NCBI GenBank assembly: GCA_030670085.1
Contig: DAOVCJ010000001.1
Span: forward strand, 11,977-75,976
DNA: 64,000 nt
Direction of reading: 5' to 3'
DNA from: Candidatus Aenigmatarchaeota archaeon
GTDB taxonomy: Archaea; Aenigmatarchaeota; Aenigmatarchaeia; QMZP01
The translations under genes were made by a program, and so were the position numbers. Of the stretch, positions 36,501-43,635 are shown piece by piece. The stretch's first letter is position 1. Every line of letters begins with the position of its first letter. Below the pieces are notes generated by a model. It had not been told where the DNA came from. It did not search any database and was given only the letters and a program-made list of their open reading frames with translations.

Positions 36501-37589
36501 GCTGGTTCATCACTCATGCAGATGCTGACAAATCTGTGCAACCTTATAGCAAGCACTTACCAGATAGATCTGACAGTCCAAAGGATTCAGATGGATATGA
36601 TAAAGATGCAGATGTGCATGGAGATTAACCAACACATGCTGGATATAGGACAGTGCAGAGGAAGGGAAGAATCCTGCTTCAATGCGCTTATCAATTGCGT
36701 GAGCTTTGGTAACGTTAATTCCTGGATGAACGCCCTTAACAGCATAATGCAACAGGTACGGCAAACTGCACAGAATATGGGTAGTGCTTCCAACAGGTTC
36801 TGGTTTGGGTATGGGGGTTCAAGAGGAGGGTTTGGTACTCTCTTTGGCGCTGGCGGTCAATCCAGTTTCCATGTTGTGTGCAATCAGGGCGGAGGTGATA
36901 CATCTACTACAGGACCCTGCTGCTCCAAATACCTTCATGGAACCACCTGCATGGATAGCAAGATTAAGGTAATGAGACAGGGTGGGTACTGTAACTACCC
37001 TGTTGTTGAGATGGTGAAGCCGGATAATTCAAGAACCAGGATCTATGTAAACCAGTACTACGTCATAGAACCCACAATTATCTCTTCAGGTGCGGTTTCA
37101 GGGGATGAAGTTGAAGTAAAATATGAATTCTACTGTTTTGATTCTTCAGAAAATTATGTACCATTCAATCCAACGAAGAACGAATATTCAAAGGAAGGAG
37201 AAATACAACATAGATATGCGAAAGCCAACCCTGATTGTAAATGCCCGGGAATAAGCGGAACTACAACAACACAAACAACTGAAACCGAAGAGAACCACCT
37301 CGCAGATATAGTCGGTGAAATTGGCGCTTCAACTGAGGGGAAATATGTCAAATTGACAGCCAAGATAAAGGACGTTGATGGCGACACAGTTCACTACACA
37401 TGGTGGTATGTTATTGATGATGCTTTCTTTGTAGGACAAATGTCCGGTTGCGAAGATGGGTGTGATATAGTGGGAGAATACACATATCCAGAATCAGGAA
37501 CCTACACAGTAAAACTTGAGGTCAGTGATGATAGTTCATACCCACCAGAAAGAACCGTTAGTAGAACGAAAACAGTGACAGTTAGTTAA
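33513..37589 (+). CDS. Giant (1358 aa) modular cysteine-rich surface protein with an internal hydrophobic hairpin and a C-terminal PKD-like domain
   Basis: It has a Sec-type signal (…IFSMPLVAATD). Four tandem units follow, each a CGDGxC...CCxDCxC...YCD knot plus a beta-rich module. Two hydrophobic segments lie at aa 948-968 and 990-1014. The C-terminus HYTWWY...GEYTYPESGTYTVKLEVSDD is PKD-like. The gene overlaps the upstream gene by 11 nt. Confidence 0.75.
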   Translation: MNFKIVTLEIFAILISALIFSMPLVAATDINIFFNGVKKTEVEYKTENLINKQIEFIHEAKDILWKNVKVAVKVNSASLAKEIKKIYLYKCKKLSPANCIQSEPQVFENFIDVELLWTDISEREGVYAYPQVANLLIVIKLEDLSGTVSWIGLWSQIRRSAYNTFTEYDHELSEIDLHASSLDIVNPIKMYIENYGMIPFNWLTKAVFKTANTLYALGADESEIESSPPRFLTATPPTNEIDTINKDFYLIFSNTSSGIANPLTLNLNPTFSCGDGACEADLGETPGSCCYDCPCGGGQYCDVDPTDPTTGECKDLSQVSLQVVSTSSPQITDCSGTFDVNITLKINNPPSSLHSDIPSVFKLDETVYSTSCYGGPPEYWCVLTLNSDYVECGQGSYNIGPNDVTTSIIYTDGPNDMSLTLNTSFSPIIVNYDCSCDDGFYCDIGTDTCKSEDAITLGITSLTSYLDNYNEGDTIDLTAKIFNPPTGLTVISTSATLNLTGGQVSPGSPTCTGPSADYEYSCSIPFQIVGYSRSNSYTFDPNTLIFTITYKDGTIDKTKVLETNFGPVSIPSQYCGDGVCNMGETQESCCIDCDCSEAEDYCDPVRGCESTTGVTVSVDSATPTEFTDCRQPHLVNITLRVVNPPSTLTLDHYFHITGNLPSGWGLQCDDSGYGGVYYCHLTIPSIEGCSLPYYEIGNNELNVSISFDDGAPTSTFYSRITKQMSAQFSNIKVIPIYECGDGVCESNLGEGPGNCCIDCPCSSGQYCDVTPSNTDGVCRSKDAISLVIDSPKQTVRFTSCELPHNINIKAHVKNQPSNMKPEYYYGTLNGSSAELMHCDVEDSYGAANFSFNCTMTVSPEFKCEKDKTYTYRDNSFSIFISYMNGDITETKSLSGKLPNVVVTQTIRSMYEIMQEAEKKMNESLQKVKETAEDMFEEYKKCVDRVKKLAQIMYIVTVASLMFGTIKFTGLGDKIGGIFKGKWDGRQFGDFISLVSMAGSSLMQMLTNLCNLIASTYQIDLTVQRIQMDMIKMQMCMEINQHMLDIGQCRGREESCFNALINCVSFGNVNSWMNALNSIMQQVRQTAQNMGSASNRFWFGYGGSRGGFGTLFGAGGQSSFHVVCNQGGGDTSTTGPCCSKYLHGTTCMDSKIKVMRQGGYCNYPVVEMVKPDNSRTRIYVNQYYVIEPTIISSGAVSGDEVEVKYEFYCFDSSENYVPFNPTKNEYSKEGEIQHRYAKANPDCKCPGISGTTTTQTTETEENHLADIVGEIGASTEGKYVKLTAKIKDVDGDTVHYTWWYVIDDAFFVGQMSGCEDGCDIVGEYTYPESGTYTVKLEVSDDSSYPPERTVSRTKTVTVS
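34329..36212 (+). repeat. Four tandem protein-level repeat units (about 140-165 aa each) inside the giant ORF
   Basis: The Cys-knot heads lie at nt 34329-34451, 34812-34859 (degenerate), 35235-35336 and 35727-35846. Each is followed by a module containing an N-P-P-S/T-like motif (INNPPSSL, IFNPPTGL, VVNPPSTL, VKNQPSNM). Confidence 0.7.
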
Positions 37590-37650
37590 ACTTTCCCATT
37601 TTAGTTTTCTTTAAGATTGATTTTTATTGAAGCAAGGGAAATAAGATATT

Positions 37651-39093
37651 ATGAAGAGGGTACTGGTCTTTGCTTTTCTATTTTGCATGGTTTTGCTTGT
37701 TCGGTCTGGTCAGGGTTATCGATTGACAGACAACCTTTATTTTGCGATCCCGAACGATACCATAGGGTGCATAGATGTTATCCTACCTGGTGATTCGGGA
37801 TTTATGGGAATGGGGGAGTATGAGTATATACTGACATGCTCGAGCAACTGGAGCGATCTGACAGAGCAGATTATAAGGACCGATGAGAACAACACGGTCA
37901 GAATTCCCATATGCTTCTCGGGTTTTGGAAGAGCAGATGGGGACTGTTCACCACCCTTTACGATAGGGATTTCTTCTGCAAACCTGGGTATTAAGAATGA
38001 GTGGAATGGCGGGGTTTGCATATCAAAATACCCTGATTTCGATATTGTAGATGAAACTGCAGAGGATGAAGATGATGTCAGGGATATTCTGGACGGGAAC
38101 TTTGATCTCTTTGACATTGGGTTTTCCCTCGAGAGGATGTACTCAGAGCCTGATGAGAGCGTGATATACTCCTTGTTGGTTGAATCCTATGCGTCCCTTA
38201 CAATAGATTTAAATGCGAAAACAGGCCTTTCTGTCACCCCAACAAGCGAAACTGTCTACACGTCTTCCTTTTATCCATTTCACACAATCTACTTCACTGT
38301 ACAGGCCCCAAGCCAGAGTGGAGAATACGCATTTGATGTTGAGGCAAGGGTAAGGAACTGTGAGGGTATTTTCTGCAGTAAAACTGCAAGGGGAACCCTG
38401 GTTGTTAACGAGAGCTTGCCTGAGATCGGCTTTTCTGCTTATCTTTTCCCGAAGAGCATCAATGTTAAGAACCTTGAACCCGTCCTTTACACACTAACAA
38501 TCCAGAACCACGGAAAGGCAAAGATATTCTCAATAAGGATAGACATAGACCCGGTTACCACAACGGATTTTGAGTGGAGGGATGATGTGATTGTCTTTGA
38601 GGATAGCAAGGAAACCATAAACTTCACGGTTACCCCGGATAAGGTCTCATCCCTTTATGAAATAGGGGTTACTGTTATATACGAAGGATTGGAAAAGAAG
38701 GCCTCTGCATCGCTATCAACCAATGAGATGCTGACCGATGCAATGAGGGACGCGGATTCTATAAAGAATTCAAACTCTAACCTTGCAGGGGATGTCAATT
38801 CCGCTCTTGATGATTGGTATAACAGCTATAAGAACTCTGATTATGGAGCTGACCTGGACGATTACACGACACTGAAGGACAATTTTGCGGATTTGAGAAA
38901 CCAGACAGACGGCGCAGGACCACCCGGACCCTACATACCAGGAGAACCGGGAACAGACGGGGAAGATCAAGAGGGTATGGGATGGTTATGGATTGTACTG
39001 ATAATAATAATCATAGTTGTTGTAGTGATAATCTTGGTCATCTTTTTCAAAAAATCCAAAAAAACCGAGGAAACCGAGGAAGAATATTTTTAG
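37651..39093 (+). CDS. Secreted, C-terminally TM-anchored surface protein (480 aa) with an acidic tail ...EETEEEYF
   Basis: The signal peptide is MKRVLVFAFLFCMVLLVRSGQG. CARDB-like beta-sandwich segments are present (LEPVLYTLTIQNHGKAKIFSIRIDI). The TM segment is WLWIVLIIIIIVVVVIILVIFF, followed by KKSKKTEETEEEYF. Confidence 0.7.
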   Translation: MKRVLVFAFLFCMVLLVRSGQGYRLTDNLYFAIPNDTIGCIDVILPGDSGFMGMGEYEYILTCSSNWSDLTEQIIRTDENNTVRIPICFSGFGRADGDCSPPFTIGISSANLGIKNEWNGGVCISKYPDFDIVDETAEDEDDVRDILDGNFDLFDIGFSLERMYSEPDESVIYSLLVESYASLTIDLNAKTGLSVTPTSETVYTSSFYPFHTIYFTVQAPSQSGEYAFDVEARVRNCEGIFCSKTARGTLVVNESLPEIGFSAYLFPKSINVKNLEPVLYTLTIQNHGKAKIFSIRIDIDPVTTTDFEWRDDVIVFEDSKETINFTVTPDKVSSLYEIGVTVIYEGLEKKASASLSTNEMLTDAMRDADSIKNSNSNLAGDVNSALDDWYNSYKNSDYGADLDDYTTLKDNFADLRNQTDGAGPPGPYIPGEPGTDGEDQEGMGWLWIVLIIIIIVVVVIILVIFFKKSKKTEETEEEYF

Positions 39094-40742
39094 TAGAATT
39101 CCTCTTCAAACTCCTCTGTACCTTCCTCAAACTCCTCTTCCAGACCACCCTTCTTCCTGTATTTCTTCAAGTAGAGCCACACTCCAACCGCGGCAACAAC
39201 TATTATAACAATTATTATCAGAAGGGTGAAATCGAATTCAGGAACCTCTGGCTCTACACAATAATTGTATGAACATACCTCACCCTCAATACAATCCTCA
39301 TTATCACAGCATTCACCTGTTATGCAAGTCTCATCGCAGCATACACCATCCGTACAATACGTTCCGTTTAACTGACCCTCACATTCGTTCACCTCAACCT
39401 CGCAGCAGATACCATCCACACCATCCTCTCTGCATGTGCCTGTCCAGGTCTCGTCTGTGGGGCATGAGGTATAATCAGGGTAACAAGTCCCTGTTGTGCA
39501 TGGGATGTCTGGAGCAGGTCCTTCAGATTTCACACATATGTAATTCGTACACTCCTCATCAGAAGCACAATCACCCCCATCACAACAGTTTGATTTTTCT
39601 ATGCAAATCTCGTCGCAGCATATACCTCCGTAGCAGTAGCTCATATCAGATTTCCCTTCACATGTAATCATGGTTGTTCCTGACTCATTCTTGACACTGA
39701 TTGTCATATCAATTGGTATGTAACCTATCAGGCTGTTGTTTGATTTTAATTGGGCCTGGATTTTTATCTCCATGGAGTTTACCACATTCTCCAGAACAAC
39801 ACTGAAGAACATGGAGTCAAGCGGGCCAAGTGTGTTGTTGTCCAATTGTATGTCAAGGAAATCATTCACATCCACGGGTTCTGTAGGGGGTATGCGAACA
39901 GTCAGGGAGGTCAGGGTATTGTTCCTCAGGTTGGTTATCCTGTAATTGGATTTTTCGTATTTCTGGTTTTTGTTTATCAATATGTTGAGGCTTACGATAT
40001 CAACATCAACGAATCCTATCTCTCCGTTACCATCTCCCCCTGCTCCCAGACTCATGTCAATCCTCGCTACCGACCCCCCGTAGTCAGCACCGCTTGTAGG
40101 TGCACTGAAAGCGATGTAGTATTGCCCGATATCAAGGGTTATGTTGTCCCTGTACGCACCACTAGGGGCATCGTAAACCAGCCTACCATCCTTGTTCGGA
40201 ACCAGGCTCAGGTTGTTTGTGTAGTATGTTTCGTAGGAAATCCTAGTCACGATGTCTGGTACAGGCCAAACGTTTATGTAAGCGATTTTGTTGTCAATGT
40301 CTGTGGTGATCTTTGAGGTTAGCACTATACTCCCTACATACACATCCAGGATTTCGCCTCCAGTATTCCAGGAAGAATCCGTTGTGTTGACCTCGAATAT
40401 ATGCGGATCAACGCCGATATTCGATAACCTGAAAGGATTGGGTCCGCACGTGCTTTTTGCATCAGTATCAGAAAAGTAGCACATCCACTTATCCCCAATT
40501 TTTGGTATCTGCCCGGCTACCGGCTCCATCATTGTTCCGTATGTAAGCCAAGTCACCCTGACAGATTCACTAACTCCTGGGTCAACCACAAGAAGGAAAC
40601 TCGAGTTCACGGATATTTTTTCGGGTATGAACGTAACATCTGGTGTGGGAAGCTGTGCGGATGCGAACGGAACTAGTGATACTATCATTAAAAACAGGAA
40701 CGTCAGGTATACGAGTTTCATTCGCCTTGACAAATTTTTCAT
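39090..40742 (-). CDS. Secreted, C-terminally TM-anchored Cys-rich surface protein (550 aa) with an acidic tail ...EEFEEEFY
   Basis: The signal peptide is ...LVPFASAQ. A duplicated CC-rich module lies at aa 361-496. The TM segment is LLIIIVIIVVAAVGVWLYL, followed by KKYRKKGGLEEEFEEGTEEFEEEFY. Its stop overlaps the stop of the convergent gene at 37651-39093. Confidence 0.7.
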   Translation of the reverse strand: MKNLSRRMKLVYLTFLFLMIVSLVPFASAQLPTPDVTFIPEKISVNSSFLLVVDPGVSESVRVTWLTYGTMMEPVAGQIPKIGDKWMCYFSDTDAKSTCGPNPFRLSNIGVDPHIFEVNTTDSSWNTGGEILDVYVGSIVLTSKITTDIDNKIAYINVWPVPDIVTRISYETYYTNNLSLVPNKDGRLVYDAPSGAYRDNITLDIGQYYIAFSAPTSGADYGGSVARIDMSLGAGGDGNGEIGFVDVDIVSLNILINKNQKYEKSNYRITNLRNNTLTSLTVRIPPTEPVDVNDFLDIQLDNNTLGPLDSMFFSVVLENVVNSMEIKIQAQLKSNNSLIGYIPIDMTISVKNESGTTMITCEGKSDMSYCYGGICCDEICIEKSNCCDGGDCASDEECTNYICVKSEGPAPDIPCTTGTCYPDYTSCPTDETWTGTCREDGVDGICCEVEVNECEGQLNGTYCTDGVCCDETCITGECCDNEDCIEGEVCSYNYCVEPEVPEFDFTLLIIIVIIVVAAVGVWLYLKKYRKKGGLEEEFEEGTEEFEEEFY

Positions 40743-40846
40743 ATATAATAATTGTGCGGGTATATAAAAAAAGTTTTGAGGCCAGAACCTGAAATGTGAA
40801 AGGTTTCGACAACCTCATCCCGGATGTTAAACTATAAAAGCAATGA

Positions 40847-41182
40847 ATGCAAATAAGTTTTATGGTCAGTATTCAAGAGTTCCAAAAACTTGATATGAAG
40901 GTAGGAGAGATCATATCCACTGAGCACGTCCCGAACGCTGACAGGCTTTACGTTCTGAACGTGGATATCGGGGGAAAGCAGATACAGTTGCTGGCAGGCA
41001 TAAGACAGCAATATACCGAGGATGAGCTTAAGGGAAAGAAGATAGTTGTTGTAGCGAATCTGGACCCAGCAACGATCAAGGGAGTGACATCAGAGGGAAT
41101 GCTCCTGGCAGCGGAACACGAGGGAAACATAAGCCTGGTTACACTTGACAAGGATATACCGGTAGGTTCAAAGGTTTTATAG
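40847..41182 (+). CDS. tRNA-binding domain protein (Trbp111/CsaA-like OB fold)
   Basis: LDMKVGEIISTEHVPNADRLYVLNVDIGGKQIQLLAGIRQQY...GKKIVVVANLDPATIKGVTSEGMLLAAE is the canonical pattern. The start may instead be at 40862. Confidence 0.8.
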   Translation: MQISFMVSIQEFQKLDMKVGEIISTEHVPNADRLYVLNVDIGGKQIQLLAGIRQQYTEDELKGKKIVVVANLDPATIKGVTSEGMLLAAEHEGNISLVTLDKDIPVGSKVL

Positions 41183-41203
41183 CTGGCACTCGATATTATA
41201 TAC

Positions 41204-41887
41204 ATGAAAATCCAGAAAATTCTGCCAGATGAAAAGGTTACTGTGCTCGCTGATTCTAGGGAGAGGAATTCACCTGTTGTAAGACATCTGGAGGATTCAG
41301 GAATCCGGGTCAGGTCCAAGCAGCTAAAGGTTGGTGACTACATAGCCTCGGACAGGGTAGGGATAGAGAGGAAACAGATTCCAGATTTCCTACAATCCAT
41401 CACGAACCAGAGAATATTCAAGCAGCTGGCATCTCTCGCAGAATCCTACGAGAAACCCCTGCTCATTCTGGAGGGAAACCCAGAACTTCTTTTTTCGGAA
41501 AACAACATGCACCCGAATTCTATCAGAGGCGCTTTGGCATCACTATCGCTAGACTATGCAGTACCAATACTCTGGACCCCAGACAGCAGGGGAACAGCCG
41601 ACCAGATACAGAGGATTGCGTACAGGGAGCAGGTAAAGAAGAACAGGGAGTTGCAGATAAGGGTCAAACAAAAATCCCCGGATTTCGCAAGACAGCAGGA
41701 GTTCATAGTTGCGGGTTTACCACACATTTCAAATAAACTTAGCAAAAGGCTTTTGATGGAATTCAAAACAGTTAGAAGGATGTTCTCAAGCAAGAAGGAA
41801 AGATTTATGAAGGTTGACGGACTCGGAGAGAAGAAGGCGAAAAAAATATGGGAATTGCTCAACAAGGAATATGAATGCAAGGAATGA
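41204..41887 (+). CDS. XPF/Hef-type ERCC4 nuclease with C-terminal (HhH)2 and no helicase domain
   Basis: ADSRERNS...VGDYI...VGIERKQIPDFLQS...LLILEG is the ERCC4 signature (GDx..ERKxxxD). It is followed by GLPHIS...VDGLGEKKAKKI. Confidence 0.8.
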   Translation: MKIQKILPDEKVTVLADSRERNSPVVRHLEDSGIRVRSKQLKVGDYIASDRVGIERKQIPDFLQSITNQRIFKQLASLAESYEKPLLILEGNPELLFSENNMHPNSIRGALASLSLDYAVPILWTPDSRGTADQIQRIAYREQVKKNRELQIRVKQKSPDFARQQEFIVAGLPHISNKLSKRLLMEFKTVRRMFSSKKERFMKVDGLGEKKAKKIWELLNKEYECKE

Positions 41888-43606
41888 TCACTTTTTGGAT
41901 GCTTTGTGATCCAGAGCACTTCTTATTAATTCCCTGAAAAGGGGTCCTGGTTCCAGCGGTTTGGATGTTAATTCCTCATGATATTGTGTAGCAAAAAAGA
42001 AGGAATGCTTCGGAACCTCAAGTATCTGCATAATTCTCTTCTGTGGCGCAAACCCAGAGAAAACCATACCGTTTTTTTCAAGCACATCTATGTACTTAGT
42101 GTTGAGATTCCAGCGATGGCGGAATCTCCCTCTTATCTTGTTTTTACCATAAATCTTATGCGTTTTTGTCCCCTCTTTTATGAGAACATCATGTCCACCC
42201 AGTCTCATTGTTCCCCCAAGACCATCAATCTCCTCTTGCTCGGGGAGTATGCATATGACGGGTTCCTTTGTGTTGGGATCAATTTCTGTTGAGTTCGCTC
42301 CCTTCAGGCTGCAGACGTTCCTTGCGAACTCAATAACAGCTATCTGGAAACCAAAGCATAATCCAAGGAAAGGGATGTTGTTTTCCCTTGCGTACCTTAT
42401 GCACTCAATCTTCCCATCCACTCCTCTCACTCCAAATCCCCCTGGAACTATGAGACCGTCCAATTCCTCCATCTCTTTTTTCACATTGTTTTTGTTCACC
42501 CCAGTGGTCTCTATCCATTTGACATTCACTTTGGCATCCAGGTATGGAGCAGTGTGCTCCAACGCTTTGAGAATGGACATATAGGAATCATGGACGTTTG
42601 TATACTTACCTGCTATACCTATCATGACCTCCTTCTTTGCAGACCCTACCATATTAACAAGCTTTTTCCATTTCTCGAAATCAGGCACGGATTTTAATTT
42701 CCCTCTTATACTCAGAATCTCGAGAATGGCCTTGTCTATCTCCATACCCTTTAGCTCCAGTGGAACCTTGTATATGTTCCTGGTGTCATTGATGTTAACG
42801 ACCCTGGGAACAGGTATGTTTGAGACTATGCTTATCTTTTCCTTTATGTTCTCTGATATGGGGTTTTCGCTCCTGCACACAACTATATCCGGCTGTATTC
42901 CGAGTCCCATAAGGGTTCTCAGACCGAGCTGGGCGGCCTTGCTTTTCTGCTCACCAAGGGAACTGGGCTCCAGGATGTAGACAACGTTAACAAAGCAGAC
43001 GTTTTCTTTACCTTCCTCGTATCTCAGCTCCCTCATGGCCTCAAGATAATAGGAATTCTCTATATCCCCTACAGTCCCTCCAATCTCCACCAGAAGAACA
43101 TCAGCATTGGATTTCATTGCGAGCTCCCTGAGGAAGTTCTTGAGCTCCCCTGTAACATGTGGGATGAACTGGACGTCCCTTCCGAGGTATTTACCTTCCC
43201 TCTCCTTGTCTATGATGGTCTTGAACAGCCTCCCGGCTGTCAGGAAGTTATCCTTGGTAAGGTTCTGGTTAAGCATCCTTTCATAGGTTCCAAGATCCAG
43301 GTCACACTCGGTTCCATCATCCAGGACAAAGACCTCCCCGTGCCTGAAGGGGTTCAGGGTTCCGGAGTCATAGTTCAGATACCCCTCAAGTTTTATGGGA
43401 GCAACATTAAGGCCGTGTGCCAGCTTTAAAAGAGTTCCCAGGCATGACGTGAAGGTTCCTTTTCCAACACCGGATATAACAGAACCCGTAACGATAACGA
43501 ATTTCGTTTTCCCTCGCTTATAGCCTTTGGGCATATCAGAATAGAACTCATGCTCTTCTACCTTGTTTGCTATCTCCTTGAAGGTTTCCTTCGCATTCTT
43601 TCGCAT
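41888..43606 (-). CDS. pyrG: CTP synthase
   Basis: Contains KFVIVTGSVISGVGKG, the synthase domain, and a glutamine amidotransferase domain (GLCFGFQ, HRHRW). The start at 43606 (MRKNAK) is preferred because a TATA box lies about 24 nt upstream. Confidence 0.93.
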   Translation of the reverse strand: MRKNAKETFKEIANKVEEHEFYSDMPKGYKRGKTKFVIVTGSVISGVGKGTFTSCLGTLLKLAHGLNVAPIKLEGYLNYDSGTLNPFRHGEVFVLDDGTECDLDLGTYERMLNQNLTKDNFLTAGRLFKTIIDKEREGKYLGRDVQFIPHVTGELKNFLRELAMKSNADVLLVEIGGTVGDIENSYYLEAMRELRYEEGKENVCFVNVVYILEPSSLGEQKSKAAQLGLRTLMGLGIQPDIVVCRSENPISENIKEKISIVSNIPVPRVVNINDTRNIYKVPLELKGMEIDKAILEILSIRGKLKSVPDFEKWKKLVNMVGSAKKEVMIGIAGKYTNVHDSYMSILKALEHTAPYLDAKVNVKWIETTGVNKNNVKKEMEELDGLIVPGGFGVRGVDGKIECIRYARENNIPFLGLCFGFQIAVIEFARNVCSLKGANSTEIDPNTKEPVICILPEQEEIDGLGGTMRLGGHDVLIKEGTKTHKIYGKNKIRGRFRHRWNLNTKYIDVLEKNGMVFSGFAPQKRIMQILEVPKHSFFFATQYHEELTSKPLEPGPLFRELIRSALDHKASKK

Positions 43607-43625
43607 ATTATATATGAGTATGCAG

Positions 43626-43635
43626 ATTATAAAAA
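43626..43635 (-). promoter_or_regulatory. TATA box for pyrG (leaderless transcript candidate)
   Basis: The minus strand reads TTTTTATAAT, ending 20 nt upstream of ATG 43606. There is no SD. Confidence 0.35.

Noticed and set aside
39055-39085. The short tandem repeat gaaaccgag-gaaaccgag and other local purine repeats, considered as possible CRISPR or satellite elements
   Set aside because: There are only two units, they lie inside a CDS, and they encode the TEETEE tail. No array of spaced repeats exists anywhere in the window.
27725-40742. Reading the prepilin/adhesin cluster as an integrated mobile element or virus
   Set aside because: I saw no integrase, transposase, capsid or packaging-ATPase motifs and no flanking direct repeats. 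The tRNA genes in the window are 16 kb away. The flanking genes (aspS and the tRNA-binding protein) are housekeeping, so chromosomal accessory operon is the more conservative reading.
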